Numbered from the stretch's first letter, positions 27,510 to 37,749 are shown. The stretch: DNA of 64,000 bases from Candidatus Poribacteria bacterium (GCA_965207855.1 OZ242310.1:3444202-3508201), one strand, 5' to 3'. The notes: generated by a model from the sequence alone, not told the origin. Program-made: numbers and translations.

Positions 27510-29438
27510 ATGCAAACTCGTGAAACTTCCATCTCATCGGCACGCGTTACAGCGAGGTCACTGATCTTAGGGATTTTATTCATCCCTGTTAATGTTTATT
27601 GGATGACGCTTGTTGAAGTGAAGTATTACTCCCTTGACGGTTCATGCCTCCCGCTTTTTATCCAACCGGTCTTCATTATGTTCGTCTGTGTTATCGCGAA
27701 CACACTCTTGAAACGTTTCGCGCCGCGGCAGATGCTCCAACAGGGAGAGTTGCTCACTGTCTACATCATGGTGGCGATCTCGTGTACGTTTGCCGGACAC
27801 GACACGATGCAGAATATGTTCGGGAGTATTGGGCATGCGTTCCAATTCGCAACGGACGAGAATGAGTGGCAGACGCTCTTTTTTCGGTATCTACCCGCTT
27901 GGCTTACCATCTCGGATACCCAAAGCCTCCAAGGGTTTTACGAGGGGGAAGCCACCTTCTACACGAAGCATAACTTCTCAATTTGGCTAAAACCCTTGGC
28001 GTTCTGGGGACTCTTTTTCCTGATTATGATGTTCATGATGCTTTGCATCAACACAATCGTCCGAAAGCGATGGGCAGAGCAAGAAAAACTCGCGTATCCG
28101 ATCATACAACTTCCGCTACGACTCTCCGAAGATGGCGGTATCAGCCTCCTCAAGAATCGGATGATGTGGATAGGCTTCAGCATCGCGTTCGCTATCGGGG
28201 TCATTAACGGGGTCAACTATCTTTTTCCGCAGTTTCCAGAGATCCCTTATATCAAGCGGACGGCTGTTTTCCAAAATATTTTCACTGACCGTCCATGGAA
28301 CGTCATTCGTGGGACCCGGATCTCTGTTTATCCTTTCGCAGTGGGTTTGGCGTTTTTCTTACCGTTGGACCTCTCGTTCTCGTGTTGGTTCTTCTTTGTT
28401 GTACGCTTAGCGGAATTCGTCATTGGCGCAGCACTCGGTACCCGCTATTTTCCTGCCCTCAACGAGCAGGCGTATGGTGCTTGGATCGCCCTTTTCCTGC
28501 TTGCCGTTTGGGTCACACGGCGACATCTGGTAGAAGTGATGAAAAAAGTATTTGGGTTTGAATCGCGTCTTGATGATTCCAACGAACCGATGCCGTATCG
28601 TGCCGCCTTTTTGGGAATTCTTGGATCACTTGTTGCCCTTGGGATCTTTTCCTCTATCGCAGGAATGGCGTTGTGGGTCGCCGGTCTTTTCTTTGGTGTC
28701 TATTTTCTGCTATCGTTTGCAATTACTCGTGTTCGGGCGGAACTCGGCACACCGCATGAAATTTACTACGTCAATCCGCACGACATGCTCGCGACAGTCG
28801 GTGGAACGCGGCAGTTTGACACGAGCAGTCTCACCATTATGTCGCTTTTCTATTGGTTCAATCGGGGCTACCGGAATCACCCAATGCCGAATCAGATTGA
28901 GGCGTTCAAACTCGCCGAATCAACGGGGATGGGCAACAGACGTTTGTGGGTGGCGATGTTGATAGCAATTATCGTCGGGATTTTGGTGACTTTTTGGGCG
29001 AATCTGGACATCACCTTCCGGAACGGTGCTGATGCGAAAGCCGGTGGATTCAAAGACTGGGTTGGCAGAGAATCGTTCAGTCGGCTGCAGCGATGGCTGC
29101 ATAACCCAACGGAACCGAACATGGTTGGTATGGGCTTTATGGGTATCGGCGCGCTCTTGACGTTTGTGATGATGTACATGCGGATGCATTTCTTGTGGTG
29201 GCCCTTCCATCCAGCGGGTTACGCGCTTGCCATCAGTTTTGCGATGGATTATTTCTGGTTCGCTTTCTTCGTGGCGTGGTTTTTGAAGTTAATGATTCTT
29301 CGGCACGGTGGCTTGCGGCTCCATCGTCAGGTCGCACCGCTCTTTTTGGGGTTAATATTAGGCGACTACGTCATCGGCAGCACCTGGGCAATCATCGGAC
29401 CGGCATCCGGCTTACGAACCTATAAAATCTTTATTTGA
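27510..29438 (+). CDS. Large polytopic membrane protein, unrecognised family (paralogue 1 of 3 in the window)
   Basis: 642 aa with 12 or more hydrophobic segments. Shares motifs HAFQFAT(D/P)ENEW, YPI(I/V)QLPL, PLDLSFSCWFF, R(V/I)RAE(L/I)G(T/P)P and LGLILGDY with 57331..59256 and 60059..61972. Confidence 0.6.
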   Translation: MQTRETSISSARVTARSLILGILFIPVNVYWMTLVEVKYYSLDGSCLPLFIQPVFIMFVCVIANTLLKRFAPRQMLQQGELLTVYIMVAISCTFAGHDTMQNMFGSIGHAFQFATDENEWQTLFFRYLPAWLTISDTQSLQGFYEGEATFYTKHNFSIWLKPLAFWGLFFLIMMFMMLCINTIVRKRWAEQEKLAYPIIQLPLRLSEDGGISLLKNRMMWIGFSIAFAIGVINGVNYLFPQFPEIPYIKRTAVFQNIFTDRPWNVIRGTRISVYPFAVGLAFFLPLDLSFSCWFFFVVRLAEFVIGAALGTRYFPALNEQAYGAWIALFLLAVWVTRRHLVEVMKKVFGFESRLDDSNEPMPYRAAFLGILGSLVALGIFSSIAGMALWVAGLFFGVYFLLSFAITRVRAELGTPHEIYYVNPHDMLATVGGTRQFDTSSLTIMSLFYWFNRGYRNHPMPNQIEAFKLAESTGMGNRRLWVAMLIAIIVGILVTFWANLDITFRNGADAKAGGFKDWVGRESFSRLQRWLHNPTEPNMVGMGFMGIGALLTFVMMYMRMHFLWWPFHPAGYALAISFAMDYFWFAFFVAWFLKLMILRHGGLRLHRQVAPLFLGLILGDYVIGSTWAIIGPASGLRTYKIFI

Positions 29439-29480
29439 TGAAGTCATAATGCTCCTTCTTGAAACGGCACACAAGAGGCA

Positions 29481-30518
29481 ATGGAAAACGTGAACTTACC
29501 TGTTGGGAAACTCAAACACGATTTTTTAAAAGAACTTCTACCTACACACGATGGAAGCACAAGTCTGGTTGTCGGTCCACAACTCGGTGAAGATGCTGCT
29601 GTCATTGCCTTAGGCGACAACTACCTCGTTGCTACCAGTGATCCGATCACCTTTGCGACTGAAGATATTGGATGGTATGTCGTATGCGTCAATAGCAATG
29701 ACATTGCAGCGATGGGTGCCGTGCCGAAATGGTTGTTGGTAACGCTGTTATTACCCGAAGACGCGACGACACCCACGATGGTTCGAGACATCATGACGCA
29801 ACTCACGCAGGCATGTGCAGAATTTGACATCCTACTCTGTGGGGGACATACCGAAGTTACACCGGCGGTAACGCAGCCCGTTGTCGTGGGACAAATGATG
29901 GGGATTGCCAATAAAAATAGCTTGTTCACTTCAGCGAATGCCTGCGTAGGAGACGCATTAATCCTCACAAAGGGAATCGGTATTGAAGCAACTGCAATCA
30001 TTGCCCGTGAGCGTGAAGCGCAGTTGCGTGAAAAGTACGACGATCGCTTCTTGAAACAGGCGAGACACTATCTCACGCATCCCGGAATCTCTGTACTCAA
30101 GGACGCACAAACTGCAATCGCCACAGGGGGTGTCCACGCTATGCACGATGTCACAGAAGGGGGTGTCGCAACTGCGGTCTATGAATTGGCGACCGCAGCC
30201 GAGTTGGGAGTGGTTGTCTATTCGGATAAACTTTTAGGTTCATCAAGTCTGTATGGAAATATAACACGAACATTGTGTGATATGTTTCGGCTCAACCCGC
30301 TTGGTGTTATCTCTTCTGGTTCGATGTTAATCGCATCGGAGCCCGAAAAAGGCGAAGTAATTTGCCAAGCCCTCGGTAAGGAGGGGATCAGTGCCGACAT
30401 CATCGGAGCGTTTTTGCCATCTGAGTATGGGTTGTGGTTGGAAGAGGCCACCGGTACACGACAACCGCTACCTGTTTTTGAGACAGATGAAATCGCCAAA
30501 CTCTTTAAGCAGCAATAG
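29481..30518 (+). CDS. AIR-synthase-related (PurM/HypE-like fold) protein
   Basis: GKL..FLKELL...GEDAAVI..GD.YLVATSDPITF..DIG...VCVNSNDIAAMGA..KWLL is the HypE/PurM N-domain pattern. Confidence 0.55.
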   Translation: MENVNLPVGKLKHDFLKELLPTHDGSTSLVVGPQLGEDAAVIALGDNYLVATSDPITFATEDIGWYVVCVNSNDIAAMGAVPKWLLVTLLLPEDATTPTMVRDIMTQLTQACAEFDILLCGGHTEVTPAVTQPVVVGQMMGIANKNSLFTSANACVGDALILTKGIGIEATAIIAREREAQLREKYDDRFLKQARHYLTHPGISVLKDAQTAIATGGVHAMHDVTEGGVATAVYELATAAELGVVVYSDKLLGSSSLYGNITRTLCDMFRLNPLGVISSGSMLIASEPEKGEVICQALGKEGISADIIGAFLPSEYGLWLEEATGTRQPLPVFETDEIAKLFKQQ

Positions 30519-30534
30519 CCATTGAATTTTACGA

Positions 30535-31203
30535 ATGAAAACCCGACTACAAAACTATCCCCTAACAAGCACCATCATTAAGTTGAAAACCGGTCGGGTC
30601 CAACTCACACTTATAGAAGACCCCGATTGGTTTCTCGAACAACTCAGTCGGGAAGATAAGGACGGCAAACTCTATCTCCCCTATTGGACCTACCTCTGGG
30701 AATCCTCGATCGGTCTCGCTCGCCATGTAGAGAAAATAGGAGCACAACTAAAGGGCGGACATATTTTGGAGATTGGATGCGGGTTTGGATTGACAGGAAT
30801 TGTCGCCTGTCAGATGGGTGCACGTGTGATCTTCACAGACGCAGAATGGGAAGCACTCCATTTCGCAGCACACAACGCAGAGCAGAACGGCGTTGAAGAA
30901 AATGCGGATTTCGTTCAGATGGATTGGAATACGCCCTGTTTCAACTGCAAATTTCCGTATATCCTCGCCGCCGATGTCGTTTACGAGGAACACCACTGGA
31001 CTCCGATTTTATCTCTCCTTCAGAACTATCTCTCTCCTGACGGTATCGCTCTCTTTTCCGAACCGAATCGAAACAACGCTGCCGGATTTTTCAAACGGAT
31101 CGCAAATAACGGTTTCTGCTATCAAAAATCTACCCTTCCTGTTACATTAGATAGACAAACTTCCCAAGTTTCTATCTATACTGTGCGACGCGTAAACGCG
31201 TGA
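30535..31203 (+). CDS. Class-I SAM-dependent methyltransferase (METTL21/Nnt1-like)
   Basis: Motif I ILEIGCGFGLTGI, and an acidic post-I residue in VIFTDAEWEAL. Confidence 0.6.
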   Translation: MKTRLQNYPLTSTIIKLKTGRVQLTLIEDPDWFLEQLSREDKDGKLYLPYWTYLWESSIGLARHVEKIGAQLKGGHILEIGCGFGLTGIVACQMGARVIFTDAEWEALHFAAHNAEQNGVEENADFVQMDWNTPCFNCKFPYILAADVVYEEHHWTPILSLLQNYLSPDGIALFSEPNRNNAAGFFKRIANNGFCYQKSTLPVTLDRQTSQVSIYTVRRVNA

Positions 31204-31484
31204 AGGGTAAGTTGCGTTTCCTTTTCCAATCTTTCACCCCTCCAACCCTCTTTTTTTATTTTGCCCAAAAAATAGGAAAAAATACGTGCCTCTTGCTAAA
31301 AAAACAGGCAAAAATTTCCGGACGCTGACTATCTCGCGAAGGTATTGTTTGACAAAAGCCTTGTGGGTGTAGATGAAACCTGTAATTCGTACTTTTGGCA
31401 AGGTTTTTGCTAACAGCATATTAAAGTCGGCGCTCCTCGTTAATTCAGCACATTTACGTGAAATTGACTTGAGAAAGGTGGAGG

Positions 31485-32087
31485 ATGGAAACAGACACTT
31501 CAACGCTAAAGGTTTTAATCATTGATAACAATCAAGAGCGAGCAACTACATTAATCCGAATCCTAAAAGCAGGGCGGTACGAAGTTGCTGCACAGCTGCG
31601 TTTGCAGAGGGACTTAATAAGTCAGGTCTCACACTTAAAACCCGACATCATATTGATAGGCGTTGACTTTCTGGGACAGACAATACTTAGTTGGGTTGAG
31701 TCTCTTCACGCAAGCTATCCGTGTCCGATGGTCATGTTTTCGCGGGATGAGCGATCGGAAACGATTCAGGCAGCAACGCGGGCGGGTGTTTCTGCTTATG
31801 CTGTTGGAGAACTCACCGGAGCCAGAGTTAAAACGATCATTGAGGCGGCCGTTGCTCGGTTTTATGAATTCCGGGCATTACAGGAGGAACTTGAGAAAAC
31901 TAAGACAAGTCTCGCCGAACGTAAAATCATTGAGCGCGCAAAGGAGCTCCTCGCTCAACATCGCGGTTGTGACGAGGCACAGGCGTACCAAATTTTACGA
32001 AAGATGGCGATGAATCGCAGAAAACGCCTTGCGGAAGTCTCACAGGAGTTGTTATCTATGGCGGAGGTGTTGACGAATAAATTGTAA
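31485..32087 (+). CDS. nasT: ANTAR-domain response regulator (NasT/AmiR-type nitrate-assimilation antiterminator)
   Basis: Atypical receiver domain plus a C-terminal ANTAR helix pattern (LAERKIIERAKELL...AYQILRKMAMNRRKRLAEV). Confidence 0.75.
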   Translation: METDTSTLKVLIIDNNQERATTLIRILKAGRYEVAAQLRLQRDLISQVSHLKPDIILIGVDFLGQTILSWVESLHASYPCPMVMFSRDERSETIQAATRAGVSAYAVGELTGARVKTIIEAAVARFYEFRALQEELEKTKTSLAERKIIERAKELLAQHRGCDEAQAYQILRKMAMNRRKRLAEVSQELLSMAEVLTNKL

Positions 32088-32289
32088 AAAAATCTTGGTT
32101 AAGAGTTAGAAATTAAGAGACTTCTTTAACAATCCACCTCTTAACTTAAAACTTAAAACAAGAATAGCCCAAACCAAAGGTGGTTTGGGACCAGACATAG
32201 GTGTCTATTGGGTTGAGCTTTCGGTGCAACTTATAAACCGAAACTATATGCTCACCAATAGATACCTTTTTTATTTCCGTCTCTAACTC

Positions 32290-32480
32290 GGTAGGTTCGG
32301 TTTTGCGGCGTACTCGCCCCCGGTTCATGCCCTAAGGCATTCATACCGTTGATTCTGATTTGGAATGCCATACGGCATTCATACCCCGGTTCATGCCCAT
32401 AAGGCATGAATACCGTTGATTTGAAGTCCATACGGACTTCATACCGTTGATTCAAGGCATGAATACCGTTGATTCTGATT
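32290..32480 (+). promoter_or_regulatory. Structured leader of the nitrate-assimilation operon: 4-5 imperfect tandem ~35-40 bp units (GGCAT[TC/GA]ATACCGTTGATT...), each forming a short hairpin
   Basis: Hairpins ATGCC-CTAA-GGCAT, AATGCC-ATAC-GGCATT, TCATGCC-CATAA-GGCATGA, GAAGTCC-ATAC-GGACTTC and GCATGAAT...ATTCATGC. They sit between nasT and nirA. A related ATGCCATACGG word occurs at about 1760. Confidence 0.55.
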
Positions 32481-32546
32481 CATGCGACGTGCATTCCAAC
32501 TGCACCGATTAGAGATTCCACGTGTTTCTGAAGGAGGAGTGATAAA

Positions 32547-34139
32547 ATGAACCAATCGAAAAAGAGGGTTATCCCCGCAAGCCGAAAGGTGCGTTCCGCT
32601 CCCAGTTTAAAGGCACCCGCAGCTGCGAAAAAGCGAAAGTCTAAAGTAAATGCTGCCGAAGTGCTGAAGCGGGAGAAGAATGGATTTGAAGTTATCAATG
32701 ACCTTCCCAATTACATTCGGGACGGATGGGAGTCGATTCCAGCGAACGAGCGCGACCGCCTCAAGTGGGTAGGCGTCTTTTACCGAAAACAGACACCGGG
32801 GGCATTTATGATGCGTCTCCGTATGTCCAGCGGTTTTTCTAATGCCGAGCAGTTTCGCGCGATTGCTGAAATCAGTGAAACATACGGACCCGGATTTGTA
32901 GATCTCACAACACGGCAACAAATTCAGCTCCGCGGTTTCGCTATTGAAAACGTCCAGCATATCTGGAATCGACTTGAGGCGGTAGGTTTGGATTCACTCC
33001 AAACCGGTTTTGACAACATCCGCGGTGTCATCGGATGTCCCGTTGCTGGGTTGACACCGAATGAACTGTTTGATGCGTCGCATGTCGCCAGAGAATTCAC
33101 GAGACTCTTCGTTGGGAACAAGGAGTTTACCGATATTCCGCGCAAGTTTAATGTCGGTATTACAGGATGTCTTGATAACTGCACCCATACGGCTTCGCAG
33201 GATATTGCCCTTACGCCAGCGATAAAGGAAATTGAAGGTCAAGAGACACACGGCTTTAACGTCGCTGTTGGTGGAAAGATGGGGTCTGGTGGCTACACGC
33301 TTGCGAAGCCACTTGATGCGTTTGTTACTCCCAAAGAAGCTGCAGTCTTGTGTGCTGACATTGCCTTGATTTTTCGAGATTACGGAGCCAGGACAGCTCG
33401 AAATAAATCGCGTCTCGCTTTTCTGATTCAGGAGTGGGGGGTAGAAAAATTCCGAGAGGAAGTCGAGACGCGGCGGCACAGAAAACAACCGCTCCTGACC
33501 GCTGGAAAAGATGTGCGCGGCAAAAAGAAAACCGACCATACCGGTATCTTCTCTCAGAAGCAGCCACACCTCAACTATGTCGGACTCGTCGTGCCTGTCG
33601 GACGGATCACGACAACACAACTTTTCGAGGTGGCACGTCTCTCAGATGAATACGGTAACGGCGACATCCGTCTCACGCAGGGACAGAATCTGATTATCAC
33701 CAATGTTCCTGACGAGCGAATCGGGGCCTTAACAGCAGAACCGCTCCTACAGGAACTCCGTTATGATCCCTCGGAAATCATGCGTGGTATGGTCAGTTGC
33801 ACAGGTATCGACTACTGCCACTTCTCGCTCATTGAGACTAAGGAACGCGCCATGGAAGCAATCCGACATTTGGAGGCAAAACTCGGCAATACCAAACCAC
33901 TGACTATCCATTGGTCGGGATGTCCAAACGGGTGTGGCAATCACGCCGCCGCAGACATCGGACTTCTTGGTAAGAGGGTTAAAATTGACGGAGTCGTTAC
34001 CGATGCCGTGGATGTATTCGTCAAGGGGGATGCCAGTGCTAACCCTAAAGTTGCACCGAAGTTATTAGAAAATGTCCCTTGCGACGATCTACCGCGAGTG
34101 CTTGAAGGTCTCGTGCCTTATCTTTCAAGGAAAATTTAA
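32547..34139 (+). CDS. nirA: Ferredoxin-dependent nitrite reductase (NirA; sirohaem/4Fe-4S nitrite-sulfite reductase family)
   Basis: Cys cluster CTGIDYC...SGCPNGC. An N-terminal K/R-rich extension is present. Length is 530 aa. Confidence 0.8.
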   Translation: MNQSKKRVIPASRKVRSAPSLKAPAAAKKRKSKVNAAEVLKREKNGFEVINDLPNYIRDGWESIPANERDRLKWVGVFYRKQTPGAFMMRLRMSSGFSNAEQFRAIAEISETYGPGFVDLTTRQQIQLRGFAIENVQHIWNRLEAVGLDSLQTGFDNIRGVIGCPVAGLTPNELFDASHVAREFTRLFVGNKEFTDIPRKFNVGITGCLDNCTHTASQDIALTPAIKEIEGQETHGFNVAVGGKMGSGGYTLAKPLDAFVTPKEAAVLCADIALIFRDYGARTARNKSRLAFLIQEWGVEKFREEVETRRHRKQPLLTAGKDVRGKKKTDHTGIFSQKQPHLNYVGLVVPVGRITTTQLFEVARLSDEYGNGDIRLTQGQNLIITNVPDERIGALTAEPLLQELRYDPSEIMRGMVSCTGIDYCHFSLIETKERAMEAIRHLEAKLGNTKPLTIHWSGCPNGCGNHAAADIGLLGKRVKIDGVVTDAVDVFVKGDASANPKVAPKLLENVPCDDLPRVLEGLVPYLSRKI

Positions 34140-34142
34140 AAA

Positions 34143-35492
34143 ATGGACATAAAAAATAAAGCAACACACATAAATCTATTTAGCTTAAAAACGATCCAGA
34201 TGCGTACCTTCCATACCACATGGTTCGCCTTTTTCTTAGCCTTTTTTGGATGGTTCGGTATTGCTCCGCTTATGGCGATTATCCGTGAAGACCTGATGCT
34301 AACAAAAGCAGAGGTGGGTAATACTATTATCGCTTCCGTCGCAATTACAGTATTGGTGCGAGTCTTAATCGGACCGCTTTGCGACAAGATCGGGCCTCGA
34401 AAGGCGTATACATGGCTGCTGATTCTTGGTTCACTACCGGTCATGGGTATCGGACTCGCTCAGAATTACGAGACGTTTCTGCTCTTTCGACTCGCGATCG
34501 GTGCAATCGGTGCCTCGTTCGTTATCACACAGTATCACACCTCGGTGATGTTTGCCCCGAATTGTGTCGGCACAGCGAATGCGACAACAGCCGGATGGGG
34601 GAATCTCGGTGGCGGTGTCACGCAGATGGTCATGCCGCTCATCTTTACGGCTATTCTCAGTTTCGGTGTGGACCAATTCCTCGGATGGCGGTTGGCGATG
34701 CTTATTCCCGGTGTCGCGCTATTTATCACTGGATTCGCCTATTACTTCTTTACCAAAGATGCCCCGGATGGCAATTATAAAGAACTCCGTGAACGCGGCG
34801 AACTTGAACCCGCGAAAGGCACAGGTATGGCGTCTTTCATGTCGGCGATTAAAGACTACCGCGTCTGGGCACTCTTTGTTATCTATGCCGTCTGTTTCGG
34901 CGTGGAGCTCACTATTAACAATATCGCCGCACTCTACTATCACGACCAGTTCCAGTTAGATGTCAAGACCGCAGGACTCATCGCTGGACTGTTCGGTTTG
35001 ATGAATATCTTCGCACGGACGGTTGGCGGTGTTTTCTCCGATTTCTTCTCGAAGAGGATGGGGCTCCGCGGGCGTGTCCGGTTCTTATTCTTTGTGCTGT
35101 TAGGTGAGGGGATCATGCTGATAGTCTTTTCGCAAATGGCGGTGCTTATCCTTGCTGTTGGCGCGATGATGGTCTTTAGTCTCTTTGTACAAATGTCGGA
35201 AGGCGCGACCTATGGAATCGTCCCTTTCATCAATAGAAAAGCGTTAGGGGCTGTTGCGGGTATTGTCGGCGCGGGTGGAAATGCGGGTGCCGTTGCTGCG
35301 GGTTTCCTGTTCCGTGCTGAGAGTATCACACTGCAGCAAGGCTTGTTGTATCTCGGTGTGATGGTTACAATCGCCTCGTTCGCTACGGTATTGGTGAAAT
35401 TCTCACCCGTAGTCCAAGCCGCAGAGAAAAAAGCATTTGATGCCGCACTCGCCGAGAGGCAGCGTTTAAAAGCCGAAGGTGCTTTATCCTAA
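34143..35492 (+). CDS. narK: MFS nitrate/nitrite transporter NarK/NrtP
   Basis: NNP signature AGWGNLGGG, with 12 TM segments. Confidence 0.85.
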   Translation: MDIKNKATHINLFSLKTIQMRTFHTTWFAFFLAFFGWFGIAPLMAIIREDLMLTKAEVGNTIIASVAITVLVRVLIGPLCDKIGPRKAYTWLLILGSLPVMGIGLAQNYETFLLFRLAIGAIGASFVITQYHTSVMFAPNCVGTANATTAGWGNLGGGVTQMVMPLIFTAILSFGVDQFLGWRLAMLIPGVALFITGFAYYFFTKDAPDGNYKELRERGELEPAKGTGMASFMSAIKDYRVWALFVIYAVCFGVELTINNIAALYYHDQFQLDVKTAGLIAGLFGLMNIFARTVGGVFSDFFSKRMGLRGRVRFLFFVLLGEGIMLIVFSQMAVLILAVGAMMVFSLFVQMSEGATYGIVPFINRKALGAVAGIVGAGGNAGAVAAGFLFRAESITLQQGLLYLGVMVTIASFATVLVKFSPVVQAAEKKAFDAALAERQRLKAEGALS

Positions 35493-35568
35493 TCTGACTT
35501 CGATCTATAAAACTAACAAATAACCTGATTTTGACTACAAAAAATCGTAAAAAAATTGGTCAATAAAA

Positions 35569-37677
35569 ATGAAAAATGCAACGGGGAAAGCCGTCTGTCC
35601 TTATTGTGGTGTCGGTTGCGTCATCCGCGCAACCGTTAGTGATAACAAGATTACAAGAATTTCAGCGGACGATGATGTCGCCCCAAATTACGGTATGCTC
35701 TGTCCAAAAGGCGCACATCTTAAACAGGTATTTCAGAACCACGATGGAAGGCTCGCGTATCCAATGATTCGCGACCGGCGCGGCGAACCACCGCGTCAGG
35801 TCTCATGGGACGAAGCGATTACTTTCACGGCAAACCGGCTTCACGAAATTCAGTTGGAGCACGGCAAGGATTCCATCGCGCTTTACGGTTCTGGTCAATT
35901 AGACACAGAGGCTTCTTACATTTTTAACAAATTTTTCAAAGGCTTCCTCCGGACGAACAACGTAGATACCAATAGTCGGCTCTGTATGTCTTCAGCAGTC
36001 GTCGGTTACATGCAAGCGTTCGGTTCCGACGGACCGCCTACCTGCTATGACGATATTCAGCATGCGGATGTATTCCTGATTATCGGCGCGAATATGGCGG
36101 TCAATCATCCCGTGCTTTTCCAGATGATTCGCAAACGGCGGGCACTGGAGCCAAACACACGGATTATCACCGTGGATCCGCGCCGTACCAAGACAGCGGA
36201 TTTCTCGGATATCCATGTCCCGCTTGCCCCCGGCAGCGATGTTGCTTTTCTCCAACTCATTGCCAAACGGCTTCTTAGAGTCGGACGCGTCAATGGACGT
36301 TTCATCCGTCGGCGGACTGAAAACTATAGTGTTTATGAGAGCCATTTAAAGAGCCTTGACGAAGACGAACTTCTCACCGCTTGCGATATTCATCCTGCGC
36401 GTATTGACGAGATTGTTGAATACCTTTCTAAACCGAGTCGCCTGCTCAGTTTTTACTGTCAAGGCACGAATCAAAGCACAAGCGGCGTTGACAAGAATGT
36501 TGCGCTCATCAATTTACATCTCCAGTTAGGTGAAGTCGGTATAAGAGGTGCGGGGCCTTTCTCGTTGACGGGACAACCGAATGCGATGGGCGGAAGAGAG
36601 GTCGGTTATTTGTCCCACCAATTGCCCGGCTACCGCGTCGTCACCAATGATATGCACCGCGCCTATCTGGAAGGTGCGTGGCGTGTTCCACCCGGAAGCA
36701 TTGATCCGAATCCGGGATTAACGGCAGTGCCAATGTTTGAGGCAGCGGCTGAAGGAGAAGTCCGCGCACTCTGGATCGCCTGCACGAACCCCGCAGTCAG
36801 CATGCCCGATACAAAGGTATCGCAGGCAGGACTCCGTCGCGCAGATCTCGTTATTGTCCAGGATTGTTACTATCCAACAGAGACAGCCGAATACGCCGAT
36901 GTGCTGCTCCCCGCCGCACAGTGGGGTGAAAAGCAAGGCACAATGACGAACAGCGAGCGACTCGTTGTCCGAAGCGATCAGTTCCTTATACCCCCTGGTG
37001 AAGCACAGCCGGATTGGTGGATATTCGCACAGGTCGCCAGAGCGATGGGATTCAAGCGGAATTTCGACTTCTACAACGCCGAAGAGGTGTGGGATGAATA
37101 TCGACTCTTGACAGCAGGCACACCGTGTGATCAGCTGGGAATGACGAATGAACGCCTCGCCAAGACCTCTTTACGCTGGCCCTGTCCACATCCACGGCAT
37201 CCCGGCACCGCTCGCCGATACACCCGCACGAAGTTTTTCACTGAATCGGGGAAAGCACAGTTCAAAACGCCTATCTATCAACCGCCCGATGAGAAAGTAA
37301 CTGAGGCGTTCCCATTCGGCTTGACGACGGGACGTATTGAGAGTCAGTGGCACACCCGCACCCGAACCGGCAAAGTGCCGCAGCTGGTGCGTAAGGACCC
37401 TGAACCCTTTGTCGAAATCCATCCAGACGATGCAGCGGAGAACAGTGTTCAAGATGGTGAATGGGTCTATCTTGTCGGGAGGCGGGGAAGGTGCTATGCC
37501 AAGGCACGTGTTACGGAAGCGATCCGGCGCGGCTTGCTCTTTACGCCGTTCCATTGGGGGGACCTCTTCCATGCGGAGACCAATGCGAACTACGTAACGA
37601 ATCCTGCGTTTGATCCGGTCTCCAAGCAACCCGAGTTAAAATTCTGCGCTGTGCGGATTGAGGTTGAAGATTCGTAG
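35569..37677 (+). CDS. nasA: Assimilatory nitrate reductase catalytic subunit (molybdopterin oxidoreductase, NasA/NarB)
   Basis: N-terminal 4Fe-4S motif CPYCGVGC, a molybdopterin-binding domain pattern, and a C-terminal MopB barrel. Confidence 0.85.
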   Translation: MKNATGKAVCPYCGVGCVIRATVSDNKITRISADDDVAPNYGMLCPKGAHLKQVFQNHDGRLAYPMIRDRRGEPPRQVSWDEAITFTANRLHEIQLEHGKDSIALYGSGQLDTEASYIFNKFFKGFLRTNNVDTNSRLCMSSAVVGYMQAFGSDGPPTCYDDIQHADVFLIIGANMAVNHPVLFQMIRKRRALEPNTRIITVDPRRTKTADFSDIHVPLAPGSDVAFLQLIAKRLLRVGRVNGRFIRRRTENYSVYESHLKSLDEDELLTACDIHPARIDEIVEYLSKPSRLLSFYCQGTNQSTSGVDKNVALINLHLQLGEVGIRGAGPFSLTGQPNAMGGREVGYLSHQLPGYRVVTNDMHRAYLEGAWRVPPGSIDPNPGLTAVPMFEAAAEGEVRALWIACTNPAVSMPDTKVSQAGLRRADLVIVQDCYYPTETAEYADVLLPAAQWGEKQGTMTNSERLVVRSDQFLIPPGEAQPDWWIFAQVARAMGFKRNFDFYNAEEVWDEYRLLTAGTPCDQLGMTNERLAKTSLRWPCPHPRHPGTARRYTRTKFFTESGKAQFKTPIYQPPDEKVTEAFPFGLTTGRIESQWHTRTRTGKVPQLVRKDPEPFVEIHPDDAAENSVQDGEWVYLVGRRGRCYAKARVTEAIRRGLLFTPFHWGDLFHAETNANYVTNPAFDPVSKQPELKFCAVRIEVEDS

Positions 37678-37749
37678 GTGTGAACCAAATTGGGTCGTTA
37701 GGAGAGGTCCCAGTGCCTCACAACTTTGTCTGCTGATCTAATAGAAGAT

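Noticed and set aside
32290-32480. Possible CRISPR array (tandem ~35-40 bp repeats)
   Set aside because: The repeats are degenerate, and there are no unique spacers of uniform length. Each unit is itself a hairpin, and the array sits in the leader of the nas operon after an ANTAR regulator. No cas genes are nearby.
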